A stretch of DNA of 64,000 bases from Bacillota bacterium. GTDB taxonomy: Bacteria; Bacillota; Dethiobacteria; DTU022. The DNA lies in contig JAWSUE010000001.1 of the NCBI GenBank assembly GCA_033549065.1, forward strand, positions 60,944 through 124,943, given 5' to 3'. The notes below the pieces were generated by a model. The model ran no database searches and was not told the DNA's origin. It saw nothing but the letters and a program-made list of their open reading frames with translations. Positions 1 through 10,333 of the stretch are shown one piece after another. Both the position numbers and the translations under genes were made by a program. The first letter of the stretch is position 1. Each line of letters opens with the position of its first letter.

Positions 1-588
1 GGGATTCCCCAGGTGCAGGCTTTTATGGCGACAGGCACAGATCGACAGTCCCCCACCTCCGGAATCAAGAATGACCTGTTCAGCTTTTTCATAGTTTAAT
101 ACTTCGGTATGAATTAACTCAGGGATATACTGTTCATAGATAAGTGTCCGGAACATCTTTGTCCCGGCTCCAAATATTTCTTCTGCAACCCTTGGATCAT
201 GAAAATATTTATCAAACAAAGAGGTTAGTTCTTTCAAATCTGCACGATCTGTTCTCATCATGGTGTATTCGAAAAAACCGACAACAACGGGTGATAACAT
301 GTAGTAAGTTGTATCGCGGCGGGGAACATCAACAACCAATCCCTTGTCAGCCATACTATTTAGCAATATCGAAAGTTCCCTGGCAGGCATACCGGTTAAT
401 TCCAGAATTTCTTCAAATGGACGAGGCCGGATTGGGAATAAGCTCCCCACTGATGCTTCTTTCTCGGTATAAAGCAGCTTTAATATATCCATAAAGGTTT
501 CATTAATTACAGCACCAACAGGAAACCTGCTCAACCTTTCTGCCAGCGCCTGATAAGCTTCTTCCTTGCCGCCAGACATATGCCCCAT
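1..588 (-). CDS. Fe-S cluster-binding protein, N-terminal part (3' end beyond window edge)
   Basis: The minus-strand frame was checked codon by codon from ATG 588 to position 1 and has no stop. It is absent from the ORF track because it runs off the edge. Product MGHMSGGKEEAYQALAERLSRFPVGAVINETF...GGGGLSICACRHKSLHLGNP. A GGGGG SD lies 9 nt upstream. The family call is from memory of clostridial Fe-S proteins with this type of N-terminus. Confidence 0.45.
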   Translation of the reverse strand, partial: MGHMSGGKEEAYQALAERLSRFPVGAVINETFMDILKLLYTEKEASVGSLFPIRPRPFEEILELTGMPARELSILLNSMADKGLVVDVPRRDTTYYMLSPVVVGFFEYTMMRTDRADLKELTSLFDKYFHDPRVAEEIFGAGTKMFRTLIYEQYIPELIHTEVLNYEKAEQVILDSGGGGLSICACRHKSLHLGNP

Positions 589-766
589 AGTATATAACCC
601 CCTGAATTATATTATAACTGTTAAATTATAGCCTAACCAATTAAACATTCGCCAACTCAAATATAAATCCTTTGCATGATAAAATTCATAATCAGATCAG
701 TAGGAGTTTGTAGCCGGCCGGCGAATTTAATATAAGCAAACTTATGTTTAAGGTGGGCAACTCAAA

Positions 767-3028
767 ATGACAGTTTTACCCGATATACTCCTTAAGTGGA
801 GCGAAGATCCTACGTTTATGTCCAATGTAACCCGTTGGGAAGTTGTCCCTGCTTACAACGGTGAATATCTTGATTTTCCAGGATACATGGAACCCCAACT
901 GGTCAACGCGCTGAATAAAAAAGGAATTACGAGACTTTACAGTCACCAGGGGGAAGCTATTGAAGCCATATTGAGAGGAAATAATGTCGTAGTTGTAACC
1001 CCGACTGCTTCAGGTAAAACTCTCTGTTACAATTTACCGGTTGTCAGTTCAATAATTAAAGAGCCCTCAAGCCGCGCCCTTTACCTGTTTCCGACCAAAG
1101 CACTATCCCAGGATCAGGTCGCTGAGCTGCGTGAACTGACCGGTACTCTTGATGTCAACCTGAATTGTTATACATATGATGGCGATACCGAACCCGGATT
1201 GCGACAATCTATAAGACGCAGCGGCCATATCGTGGTCACCAACCCTGATATGCTGCACTCTGCGATTTTACCCCACCATACAAAGTGGGTACAACTTTTC
1301 CAAAATCTGAAATATATCGTGATCGATGAAATGCATCAATACAGGGGAGTTTTCGGCAGCCATGTAGCAAATGTAATCCGCAGGTTAAAACGAATCTGCG
1401 CTTTTTATGGTGCTGATCCAAAATTCATCCTCTGTTCGGCTACGATTGATAACCCGGGAGAACTGGCCGAATTACTGATCGGCGAGTCAATAAAAGTCAT
1501 TGATCATAATGGAGCTCCAAAAGCTGAAAAACACTTTATATTGTATAATCCTCCATTGATTAACCCGGAGTTAGGCATTCGGCGCAGTTCACTGCTGGAG
1601 ACCAAACATCTGGCTGCCGACTTGATCGATAAAGGTGTACAAACAATCATTTTTACCAGAAGCCGTTTGGGCGTGGAAGTTCTTTTAACATATTTGCGCC
1701 AGGGCATAAAAACAAAACCCGGAGCCGACAGCAAAATAAGAGGATATCGCGGTGGATACCTGCCTCGTGAGCGACGAGCTATAGAAGCCGGACTCAGAAA
1801 CGGCAATATTAAAGGTGTGGTAAGCACAAATGCGCTTGAGCTGGGAATTGATATCGGTGCCCTTGATGCCTGTATCATAACCGGTTATCCCGGAAGTATA
1901 TCAAGTACCTGGCAGCAGGCCGGGAGATCAGGGAGACGAAGCGGTGTTTCACTGGCCATGCTGGTGGCCAATAGTGAGCCGTTGAATCAGTACCTGGTTG
2001 GAAATCCCGATTATTTCTTCGGTCGCAACCCGGAAAGGGCTCTGGCCGATCCGGATAACCTGATTATTTTAACCAATCATATACGATGTGCCGCTTTTGA
2101 ACTGCCATTTGATCGCTCGGAGAAGTTTGGTAAGTCCGATATACAGGAAGTTCTGGAATTTCTGGAAGAAGAAGGTGTTCTATATCTCAGCGACGGTCGA
2201 TACCACTGGATGGAGGATACATATCCCGCCGAAGAGATAAGCCTCCGCAGCGCGACTAGAGAAAACGTGGTTATCATTGATATTACCAGCCCTCAGGCGA
2301 GGGTAATCGGGGAGGTAGACCGCTTCAGCGCACCTATGCTGGTTCATGAAGAAGCGATATACATGCATGGAGGAAATCAATACCAGGTTGAAAAACTTGA
2401 TTTTGAAGAAAAAAAAGCCTATGTCCGCCAGGTAGAAGTAAATTATTTTACAGATGCCAATCTCGCTGTTGATCTAAAAGTCCTGGATATTATTGATAAG
2501 ATTGAAGATCCTGTAATCCGGGCCTGGGGAGATGTTCGAATTAATGCCCTTGTATCGATGTTTAAAAAAATACGCTTTAATACTCACGAAAATCTGGGAG
2601 CGGGATCGGTCAACCTGCCCGAAACAGAAATGCATACTACTGCTTTCTGGATTGCTTTTACAGAATCTATACTCGGCAGTATGCCACTTTCGGAAATCCA
2701 AGCCGGGCTAATTGGTTTAGCCAATTTGGTCCCCCAGGTCGCATCACTGTTCCTAATGGGCGATCCGCGAGATCTGCGTGCAGTTAGCCAGGTAAAGGCA
2801 CCATTTACTGAACTACCCACACTTTTTCTTTATGACAACTTCCCGGGCGGAGTTGGCTACAGTCAGGAGCTATTTAAATCTTACCTCGACATTTTTAAGG
2901 CAACCCGTGAAGTAATTATTAACTGCCGCTGTAGTGATGGCTGTCCTTCATGTATTGGCCCAGCTTATCAAAGTGAAGAAACAGCAAAGACACCTGCTCT
3001 CAAACTTCTCGGGGTGATTCTGAAGTGA
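767..3028 (+). CDS. mrfA: DEAD/DEAH-box helicase with C-terminal DUF1998 (MrfA/YprA family)
   Basis: 753-aa ORF. SF2 motifs VTPTASGKT (I), VIDEMH (II), SAT (III), QQAGRSGRR (VI). C-terminal 4-Cys cluster CRCSDGCPSC is typical of DUF1998. Size and downstream partner match B. subtilis MrfA. Confidence 0.85.
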   Translation: MTVLPDILLKWSEDPTFMSNVTRWEVVPAYNGEYLDFPGYMEPQLVNALNKKGITRLYSHQGEAIEAILRGNNVVVVTPTASGKTLCYNLPVVSSIIKEPSSRALYLFPTKALSQDQVAELRELTGTLDVNLNCYTYDGDTEPGLRQSIRRSGHIVVTNPDMLHSAILPHHTKWVQLFQNLKYIVIDEMHQYRGVFGSHVANVIRRLKRICAFYGADPKFILCSATIDNPGELAELLIGESIKVIDHNGAPKAEKHFILYNPPLINPELGIRRSSLLETKHLAADLIDKGVQTIIFTRSRLGVEVLLTYLRQGIKTKPGADSKIRGYRGGYLPRERRAIEAGLRNGNIKGVVSTNALELGIDIGALDACIITGYPGSISSTWQQAGRSGRRSGVSLAMLVANSEPLNQYLVGNPDYFFGRNPERALADPDNLIILTNHIRCAAFELPFDRSEKFGKSDIQEVLEFLEEEGVLYLSDGRYHWMEDTYPAEEISLRSATRENVVIIDITSPQARVIGEVDRFSAPMLVHEEAIYMHGGNQYQVEKLDFEEKKAYVRQVEVNYFTDANLAVDLKVLDIIDKIEDPVIRAWGDVRINALVSMFKKIRFNTHENLGAGSVNLPETEMHTTAFWIAFTESILGSMPLSEIQAGLIGLANLVPQVASLFLMGDPRDLRAVSQVKAPFTELPTLFLYDNFPGGVGYSQELFKSYLDIFKATREVIINCRCSDGCPSCIGPAYQSEETAKTPALKLLGVILK

Positions 3029-4254
3029 TCAGGAATTTTAAATCCCGTCTCACTGAATTACGGGAAACCGGTGAAATAAAAACGGGACGTCAAATAGCGG
3101 AGGCCCAAAAATCAAAAGTTCAATGCAAATTGTTTCCGGAAGATAGCAGGGAAGATAATACCGCATTTGGAAATTGCTATTTTCGGGAAAAACAATTTCC
3201 GTTGGAATACCAGCACGGAATCTACAAATTATCCGGCTCTCTAACCTGCTGTGGACCGGAATTGGTCCTTCCAACCAGAGATAAGAGACTGGAATTTTTT
3301 GATCCCCGTGATTCAATATTTCTGGATATTGAAACAACCGGACTTTCAGGCGGTACCGGCACTCTGGCCTTTTTGATCGGGCTTGGTTGGTTTGAGGGAG
3401 ATCTATTTCTACTGCGACAATATTTTTTAAGACGCCCTGCAGAAGAAAGAGCGGTACTGACACACTTTGCTGAATTAACCTCGAATTTTTCAACAATAGT
3501 AACCTTTAACGGAAAAATGTTTGATCTCCCCCTGATTCAAACCCGACAGCTTCTTGCGGGTTTGAAAAATACAGAACCGCCTTTGCACCTTGATCTGCTG
3601 CAATGTGCCAGGGCCTTTTGGAAAAAGAGATTCCCCTCGCGATCACTTAAGTCACTGGAAGAAACTCTCCTGGGACTTAAACGGTTGGATGATATACCCG
3701 GCGCAGAGATACCTTCCGTATATTTTGAATTTCTACGTAGAGGAAATACTGACCGATTAAAGCAGGTTTTCCATCATAATGTGCTCGATATACTTTCCAT
3801 GGTAACACTGTTAGAACGTGTATCAAGGCTTTCTGCAGGTCAGTTGATTGAACATCCGGCTGAAGAATTTGCACTGGGAAAACTTTGTATCGAATCGGGA
3901 CGCACAGCCGAAGGAATCAGTTATCTCAATAAAGCATCAATCAGTGCGCACGAGACACTTGCTTCTGAAGCCGCACTGGAATTAGCCTTCTACCATAAGC
4001 GGATGGGAGACTGGCTTGAAGCTGTAACCATCTGGCAGAGAATGATCGACAATCACTCAGTTAATCCACTACCCTATGTTGAGATGGCTAAACACATGGA
4101 ACATCGTTCAAAACAATATAAATCTGCGCTTGAGATGGCGCTGAGAGCATTGGAGATATCCCGGCTTTTTCCGGATCGATATACTTCGGGTGAATTATCC
4201 ATCACGGCACTTCAGCATCGTATCAGGAGGCTTAAGGCTCGTCTTTTCCGGTAA
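3025..4254 (+). CDS. mrfB: RNase H-fold DEDDh exonuclease with helical C-terminus (MrfB/YprB family)
   Basis: 409-aa ORF. GTG start overlaps the mrfA stop (GTGA at 3025-3028). Exonuclease motifs FLDIETTGL, TFNGKMFDLP, HHNVLD. TPR-like C-terminal half. Confidence 0.8.
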   Translation: MIRNFKSRLTELRETGEIKTGRQIAEAQKSKVQCKLFPEDSREDNTAFGNCYFREKQFPLEYQHGIYKLSGSLTCCGPELVLPTRDKRLEFFDPRDSIFLDIETTGLSGGTGTLAFLIGLGWFEGDLFLLRQYFLRRPAEERAVLTHFAELTSNFSTIVTFNGKMFDLPLIQTRQLLAGLKNTEPPLHLDLLQCARAFWKKRFPSRSLKSLEETLLGLKRLDDIPGAEIPSVYFEFLRRGNTDRLKQVFHHNVLDILSMVTLLERVSRLSAGQLIEHPAEEFALGKLCIESGRTAEGISYLNKASISAHETLASEAALELAFYHKRMGDWLEAVTIWQRMIDNHSVNPLPYVEMAKHMEHRSKQYKSALEMALRALEISRLFPDRYTSGELSITALQHRIRRLKARLFR

Positions 4255-4284
4255 CTAAAATAATTTATCCACTCAATTCGTTTA

Positions 4285-4884
4285 TTACTGTTTAAGAAGA
4301 AATAGCAGTTCTTCTGCAGAAGAACTGTCATCCGGCATAGATAATGGCCTATATGAAAACCCATCATTGGCATAACCTCCAACGATTTCGACTCCCCTGC
4401 TTTCAACCCAGTCCAGAAAATCAAGTAGCGTAAAAAGATGAATATTAGGAGTATCGTGCCACCGATAGGGTAAGGTTTCCGTTACAGGCATCCTTCCCGT
4501 CTGATAAAGCTGGCTGACCACTTCCCGGTAATTAAAATTAGGGAAACTGACAATTGAAAGTCTGCTTATCCGGAGCATCTCTTCAAGAACAAACATAGGT
4601 CTGCGCAGTTGTTGAAGCGTTTTTTCCAAAACTGCATAATCATAAGAACTGCTGATAAATTCCGGTAATCCGTGATCAAGATTTTTATGATAAACAGGAA
4701 CTCCGTTCTGAATAGCCATGGCGACACATTCAGGATCAGTTTCAACAGCCTGCCCTATGACCCTCTTTTTTTCTATCAACCCGGCCAGAAGTCCACCATC
4801 CCCGCATCCAAGATCGAGAACCGAAGAACCGGGGTCGATCAACTCATAAATTAGCTTATGATCCCAGCGTTTTGCTAAACCCAT
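4285..4884 (-). CDS. metW: methionine biosynthesis protein MetW
   Basis: 199-aa ORF. SAM-MTase-fold motif VLDLGCGDGGLL. Lies directly downstream of metX, as in other metXW operons. Confidence 0.85.
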   Translation of the reverse strand: MGLAKRWDHKLIYELIDPGSSVLDLGCGDGGLLAGLIEKKRVIGQAVETDPECVAMAIQNGVPVYHKNLDHGLPEFISSSYDYAVLEKTLQQLRRPMFVLEEMLRISRLSIVSFPNFNYREVVSQLYQTGRMPVTETLPYRWHDTPNIHLFTLLDFLDWVESRGVEIVGGYANDGFSYRPLSMPDDSSSAEELLFLLKQ

Positions 4885-4890
4885 TTTTAA

Positions 4891-6096
4891 TCACACCTTA
4901 CTTAAAAAAGATTCTATGAGCGGTCGGGTCTGCTCTGTCTCAAGCAGAAATGCATCGTGGCCGTAATCGGATTCAATCTCGATATAGGAAACCGGCTTTT
5001 TATTGGCCAATAGTGCTTCGGCTATCTTCCGAGTTTCTGAAGGGGGATAGAGCCAATCCGATGAATAACTGATCAGCAGCATTTTCGCCGTGATCGGAGC
5101 GCAAGCCAGAGTAAGATCTCCCTCACCATAAAGTGATGCGTCAAAATAATCCATCGCCCTGGTCAAATAAAGATAGCTATTGGCATCAAAACGTCGGACA
5201 AAAGAGCGTCCCTGATGTTCCAGATAGCTTTCAACAGAAAACTCATTATTGAGTTTGTAACATGGATGGGTCCCGTTTTGAAAACGCCTTCCGAATTTAC
5301 CTTCCATGGAGTTATATGAAAGATATGTTATATGTCCCAACATGCGGGCCAGTTCCAATCCGCCATCAGGTGGCTGAGAATGGTAATAATCACCGTTGGA
5401 AAAGTAGGGATCGCATAAAATAGCCTGCCGTCCCACTGCGTTAAATGCCAGTCCCTGGGCTCCGAGCCTGGCTGATGCAGCCAGTATGATCGCCGAGCTG
5501 ACCCGATCTGGATAACTTATCGTCCATGCAAGGGCTTGCTGTCCACCCAGTGACCCACCGGCTACAGCAAGGAGCTTATTCAAACCCAGATAATCCTGGA
5601 GACGAACCTGTAACCTCACCCAGTCATCAACGGTGATAACCGGAAAGTCAAGAGCATAAGGCTTTCCTGTATGCGGATTCTTTTCCCACGGACCGGTTGT
5701 CCCATAACAGCTTCCCAGGATATTGGCACATACAAGGTAATAACGGTTTGTATCGAAAGCTTTTGACGGCCCGACCATTTCATCCCACCAACCCGGTCTT
5801 TTTTCACGCCATGGCCGGTTGTCCTTCTGCCAATCGGCATCCCAACCGGCTGCATGAGCATCACCGGATAAGGCATGTAAAATAAAAATTGCATTGTCTT
5901 TCTCCGGTGAAAGCTTTCCATAGGTTTCATATTCCACTGTTACCGGGTACAGCTGAGCGCCGCAATCAAGAGGCAAAGGGTTATCTTTATCTGCCAGGAC
6001 TACCCGCTGTGGCCTGGTCCATCCTACTGAATAAGGTGAATCAGGAAGATCAAATCCGGCTTTTTTCTCGAGGCAGACATTCAATGGATCGGTCAT
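4891..6096 (-). CDS. metX: homoserine O-acetyltransferase
   Basis: 401-aa ORF. Alpha/beta hydrolase with nucleophile elbow GGSLGG. MetX-like sequence throughout. Start codon abuts the metY stop. Confidence 0.9.
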   Translation of the reverse strand: MTDPLNVCLEKKAGFDLPDSPYSVGWTRPQRVVLADKDNPLPLDCGAQLYPVTVEYETYGKLSPEKDNAIFILHALSGDAHAAGWDADWQKDNRPWREKRPGWWDEMVGPSKAFDTNRYYLVCANILGSCYGTTGPWEKNPHTGKPYALDFPVITVDDWVRLQVRLQDYLGLNKLLAVAGGSLGGQQALAWTISYPDRVSSAIILAASARLGAQGLAFNAVGRQAILCDPYFSNGDYYHSQPPDGGLELARMLGHITYLSYNSMEGKFGRRFQNGTHPCYKLNNEFSVESYLEHQGRSFVRRFDANSYLYLTRAMDYFDASLYGEGDLTLACAPITAKMLLISYSSDWLYPPSETRKIAEALLANKKPVSYIEIESDYGHDAFLLETEQTRPLIESFLSKV

Positions 6097-7401
6097 TTAA
6101 TTGCCTCCTTCAGATTGGCTGGCAATTAAAGCCCGATCAAGATCGTCAGTTATATCTTCTATATCTTCCAGTCCCACAGATAGACGGATGTAGTCCTCCG
6201 TTACACCTGTTGATAACCTTTCATTCTCCGATAACTGCTGGTGAGTGGTAGATGCCGGGTGGATGATCAAGGTTTTGGCATCACCGATATTGGCCAGATG
6301 AGAGATCAACTCAACTGCATTTATCAACCGAATTCCTGCTTCAAGTCCCCCTTTTACACCAAAACCGATTATAGCCCCCTGCCCGGCAGGAAGCTTTTCC
6401 TGAGCATAAGAATAATCTGGATGGCTTTCCAGTCCCGGATAATTAACCCATTTTACAGCAGGATGTTTCTCAAGCCAGCGTGCAACTGTTAAAGCATTTT
6501 CACAATGTTTGTTCATCCTTAAAGGCAGGGTTTCTAAGCCCTGTAAAAATAAAAATCCATTAAACGGTGAAAGGCAGGGACCAAGATCTCTCAGCAGCTG
6601 GACTCTGGCCCTGACCGTAAATGCTAATCCCTTTTGTCCTGAATTACCAAACGAATCCCAGTATCTAATTCCATGATAAGATGGATCCGGTTCGGTAAAT
6701 TCGGGAAACTTACCGTTATCCCAGGGGAATGAACCTTTTTCAACAATAGCTCCACCGATTGAATTACCATGCCCCCCAATAAATTTGGTCAGTGAATGGA
6801 CAATTATATCAGCTCCATGTTCAAAAGGCCGATAAAGATGTGGGGTGGTCACTGTATTATCTACAACCACCGGTAATCCAAACCTATGGGCAAGATCACA
6901 TATTTCATCAAGCCTGGATACCTGGTTTTTAGGATTACCTATAGATTCCAGATAGATTGCCCTGGTGTTATCATCGATCAGCTTTTCCATTTCGTTTAAA
7001 TTCAAGGGGTCTACAAACCTGACCTCTATCCCCAACCGGGGCAATGTATAAGAAAACAAATTATAAGTTCCCCCGTAAAGGTGACTGCTGCTGACAATAT
7101 TCTGTCCTGCTTTTGCCAGGTTCAGAATCGTGAGAAAAATAGCAGCTTGTCCGGAGGATAGGGCGAGCGCTGCGCTTCCCCCTTCCAATTCGGCCAATCT
7201 CTTTTCCAAAACATCTACAGTGGGGTTCATTATTCTTGAATATATATTTCCTGCCTGTTCAAGGCCAAAAAGACCGGCTGCGTGTTCAACCGAATCAAAC
7301 AGGTAAGATGTTGTCTGGTAGATCGGAACAGCTCTCGATTTGGTTGTCGGATCGGCCTGCTGACCGGCATGCAAAGACAAAGTGGAAAACTTGTGAGTCA
7401 T
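6097..7401 (-). CDS. metY: O-acetylhomoserine sulfhydrylase (PLP-dependent)
   Basis: 434-aa ORF. Cys/Met-metabolism PLP family. N-terminus [10 protein letters not shown] and PLP-lysine region [11 protein letters not shown]. Confidence 0.9.
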   Translation of the reverse strand: MTHKFSTLSLHAGQQADPTTKSRAVPIYQTTSYLFDSVEHAAGLFGLEQAGNIYSRIMNPTVDVLEKRLAELEGGSAALALSSGQAAIFLTILNLAKAGQNIVSSSHLYGGTYNLFSYTLPRLGIEVRFVDPLNLNEMEKLIDDNTRAIYLESIGNPKNQVSRLDEICDLAHRFGLPVVVDNTVTTPHLYRPFEHGADIIVHSLTKFIGGHGNSIGGAIVEKGSFPWDNGKFPEFTEPDPSYHGIRYWDSFGNSGQKGLAFTVRARVQLLRDLGPCLSPFNGFLFLQGLETLPLRMNKHCENALTVARWLEKHPAVKWVNYPGLESHPDYSYAQEKLPAGQGAIIGFGVKGGLEAGIRLINAVELISHLANIGDAKTLIIHPASTTHQQLSENERLSTGVTEDYIRLSVGLEDIEDITDDLDRALIASQSEGGN

Positions 7402-7646
7402 GATAAATGCCTCCCGTTTAAGTTTGTAGTTGTATTTTAAACTGAGTTAATTCAGGACATATGGGAGTACATAGCGGATAGCCCGCCTCGATCTGTGAAA
7501 AAATAGGGAGAAAAGCGGAAAATTGAAGATTTTAATCCTGAGAAATATTGTGGCAGCATAACTAACAAATCTATTTACCTCCGGGTATACCTCTGCGTCT
7601 ATTACTGATATAATTCCTATAAGTTTAGTATTAAATATTACTTGAA

Positions 7647-7675
7647 ATAATAACGCGCTTGCTTAGATTTGTCAA
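7647..7675 (-). promoter_or_regulatory. sigma-70/sigA-type promoter for metY-metX-metW
   Basis: Minus strand reads TTGACA (7675-7670), a 17-nt spacer, then TATTAT (7652-7647). It lies about 245 nt upstream of the metY ATG. Confidence 0.5.
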
Positions 7676-7717
7676 GTTTTATCGGAGATCAATTTTATGA
7701 GATACGGCTGCAGTCAT

Positions 7718-9547
7718 TCAGGCAACTCTATCCAGATCCTTTAACTCTCGCCTGTCGGAAGTGCTGCCAACCAGAAGAGCAAGCAATATTGCTGATACGA
7801 TAAGAATTATCGAAAGGTAAGCAGCCGGGATTATCGTATCCAGTAAGAGGTTTAAGATAAAACCTGCCGAAAAAGCGGTAGCAAGCATGATCGCCGCTGA
7901 TTTTAACATATCCTTAATGCCAAGCTCTTTAACCATGACAGTAAAGGTAGCAGCGCATGGAAAATAGGCTGCCAAAACTACGGCTCCAATAACAAATTGC
8001 CGGGCAGTCAAACCGAGCGGAACCATCATAGCAACAGCAACATCTTTACGCAGAAATCCAATTAATAATGTAGACACTACCTCACCAGGAAGACCGAGGA
8101 CACTTTTAATCACGGGGGTAAAAAATATACCAACATAATTAACCGCACCACTCATATAAAGAATATTGACTAATAGTATTCCTCCCAGGATATATGGTGT
8201 AGCGTGAATGATCAACCCTTTAATTCTCATCCCCAACTTTTTTACCTGGGCTCTGAGGCTGGGTATTCGGTATGGGGGAATTTCAACAACCATGGATGGC
8301 GTATAACCGGGCATCAGGCGATCGATAATCAATCCGAGGACTATCCAGATGAAAAAGAGGCTGGAGAAAACAACAGCCAGATAAGCTGCTCCGAATCGGC
8401 CAACCAAACCAACTATCATTGCCAGTTGAGCCATACAGGGCACTGCAACCGCCATAAGGGTACAGATAATAAATCTTTCACGTCGGCTTTCCAGATTCCG
8501 GGCAGCCAACGCAGCCGGTACATTACAGCCAAAACCGAGCACCATGGGAATTATTGAGTATCCGTGCAGCCCTATTCTATGCATACTTCGATCGACCATA
8601 ACAGCCAATCGGGGCAGGTACCCCGAATCTTCCAGAAAGCCTAGTACAATATAAAAGACAGTGAGAAAGGGAAGGACAACCCCGAATTCTACAAATACTC
8701 CCGTTGTCAAAACACCCAGTGACTCTTCAAAAACAATCTTTCCATCGATTATTTTTCCGATCAATATATCATGTAAAAAGCCACTCGCACCCAAAATATT
8801 ACTTAAGCCTGCCAGTAAAGGTTCATAAAGCTTTCCAAAAATGTATTCCTCCAAAAACCCGGCAATCAATTCTCCTAACCCAATCACTATTTGAAAGGCG
8901 ATAAACAAAACCCCTGCAGCAATAGGTATTCCTGTCAGCGGTTTTAAGCTGGCGTCCTGCAGAGTTTCAAGCCAGCTATGGTGACGGTGAACAATTTCCT
9001 GGACATCACTGACCAAACTACCTACATAGGTCCAGCGATCTGAAGTGCTAATCTCTTCCATTTTTCTGTTGACAGCTCGCGACATCGCATCGACAAGTTC
9101 TTTGAGCCCTTCTCCACTTACAGCAACGGTAGGGACAACCGGAATGCCGAGCAAAGACTCAAGTTTTTCAAGGTCAATACTTATACCCTTGTGGCCGGCT
9201 TCATCAATCATGTTCAGGGCAATAATGACCGGAACATCTCGTTCAAGAACCTCTGTCGTCAGTAAAAGGTTTCGCTCCAGGTTTGTCGCATCGATAACAT
9301 TAATAACAATATCCGCGAGATCGACAAGCGAAGCGGCCACTTCTTCAACTTTAGAAGAAGGGGTGAGACTATACGTGCCCGGGGCATCAATAACCTCAAA
9401 TGATTCCGATTCAGTATCAAGCTGCCCTTTTGTAAATTCAACAGTCGTCCCGGCATAATTTGAAATCATTACCCGTGAGCCGGTAAGCTGAGAGAAAACT
9501 ACACTTTTCCCGACATTTGGATTCCCGATAAGTACCAGTCTACGCAT
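7718..9547 (-). CDS. feoB: ferrous iron transporter FeoB
   Basis: 609-aa ORF. N-terminal G domain (GNPNVGKS, DAPGTYS, NMID) followed by a polytopic membrane domain. Confidence 0.95.
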   Translation of the reverse strand: MRRLVLIGNPNVGKSVVFSQLTGSRVMISNYAGTTVEFTKGQLDTESESFEVIDAPGTYSLTPSSKVEEVAASLVDLADIVINVIDATNLERNLLLTTEVLERDVPVIIALNMIDEAGHKGISIDLEKLESLLGIPVVPTVAVSGEGLKELVDAMSRAVNRKMEEISTSDRWTYVGSLVSDVQEIVHRHHSWLETLQDASLKPLTGIPIAAGVLFIAFQIVIGLGELIAGFLEEYIFGKLYEPLLAGLSNILGASGFLHDILIGKIIDGKIVFEESLGVLTTGVFVEFGVVLPFLTVFYIVLGFLEDSGYLPRLAVMVDRSMHRIGLHGYSIIPMVLGFGCNVPAALAARNLESRRERFIICTLMAVAVPCMAQLAMIVGLVGRFGAAYLAVVFSSLFFIWIVLGLIIDRLMPGYTPSMVVEIPPYRIPSLRAQVKKLGMRIKGLIIHATPYILGGILLVNILYMSGAVNYVGIFFTPVIKSVLGLPGEVVSTLLIGFLRKDVAVAMMVPLGLTARQFVIGAVVLAAYFPCAATFTVMVKELGIKDMLKSAAIMLATAFSAGFILNLLLDTIIPAAYLSIILIVSAILLALLVGSTSDRRELKDLDRVA

Positions 9548-9779
9548 TGTTTTCTACCTCTACTATAATTCTGATTGCCTTTCCATAGCCAATGGCAACC
9601 TGAAAATTATCAATAGAAACAGTTACCGGCCCGTGGCGGAATATTGAGCTGATTTTCCGGATCTTTTTACCCTTACGCAGCCCGATCTTAGCCAGTTTCT
9701 CAGTAAACCCGGGACCTCCCTGGATTTCATGTATAACTCCATTTTGCCCCGGCTTCATATCGATTAAATTCACTTCCAT
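9540..9779 (-). CDS. feoA: ferrous iron transport protein FeoA
   Basis: 79-aa ORF overlapping the feoB start by 8 nt. Small SH3-like FeoA-type sequence. Confidence 0.85.
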   Translation of the reverse strand: MEVNLIDMKPGQNGVIHEIQGGPGFTEKLAKIGLRKGKKIRKISSIFRHGPVTVSIDNFQVAIGYGKAIRIIVEVENNA

Positions 9780-9824
9780 AACAGTGGCACCTCTGTTTCC
9801 GGCTAAAGATATTAATTATTTTAG

Positions 9825-10256
9825 CTAATACTTCATACCTACTTCTTTTTTGAGGACAGCATCTATTTCCTGTTCATCTAGAAACTCCAGTAGCCTGGTA
9901 AAAGTTTCTTCACTAAGATCATGTTCCATCAGGCAGGCATCCTTTTCTGCTGCTTCAGGTGAAACCTCGAGAATTTGCGTTAAAAAACCATATATTACAT
10001 CATGTCTGTGCCTGATTTTCTGAGCATAGCTTTTTCCATTTTCAGTCAGGGATACCGGCCCATAGCGACTCTGGGTGATTAACCCCTTTTGTTTGAGTAC
10101 TGTTAGAGCCTGAATGACACTGGGCTTGGCTATATTCAATCTGTCAGCAATATCGGTAACCCGGGCTGTTTTCTTATCCTGAACCAAACTCAGAATAACC
10201 TCCAAATAGTCCTGGAGAGAAGAAGTAACTTTCAGCGAATGGACCATTTCGATCAA
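9825..10256 (-). CDS. DtxR/MntR-family metal-dependent transcriptional repressor
   Basis: 143-aa ORF. wHTH region RVTDIADRLNIAKPSVIQAL and DtxR-type metal/dimerisation helices. No C-terminal SH3-like domain. First gene of the feoAB operon. Confidence 0.85.
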   Translation of the reverse strand: MIEMVHSLKVTSSLQDYLEVILSLVQDKKTARVTDIADRLNIAKPSVIQALTVLKQKGLITQSRYGPVSLTENGKSYAQKIRHRHDVIYGFLTQILEVSPEAAEKDACLMEHDLSEETFTRLLEFLDEQEIDAVLKKEVGMKY

Positions 10257-10314
10257 CTCCCATAATATATGTTAGGATAACAAAACTTTTAGCTCAAATA
10301 ATAATCCTCGATAG

Positions 10315-10333
10315 TTAGGATTGGCTAACAAAA
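10315..10333. promoter_or_regulatory. candidate DtxR/IdeR-type operator (iron box)
   Basis: TTAGGATTGGCTAACAAAA matches the 19-bp consensus TTAGGTTAGSCTAACCTAA at about 15 of 19 positions by hand count. It sits immediately downstream of the -10 element of the dtxR-feoAB promoter. Confidence 0.45.

Noticed and set aside
144-494. Plus-strand 116-aa ORF from the track.
   Set aside because: It lies entirely antisense to a longer, SD-preceded minus-strand frame (1-588) with a sensible protein sequence, and it has no motif of its own.
767-4254. DUF1998-containing helicase as part of an anti-phage defence system (DISARM/Druantia-like helicases carry the same domain).
   Set aside because: The partner is a DEDDh exonuclease with a TPR-like tail overlapping by GTGA. 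That is exactly the B. subtilis MrfA-MrfB DNA-repair pair. No methylase, PLD nuclease or other defence genes lie nearby.
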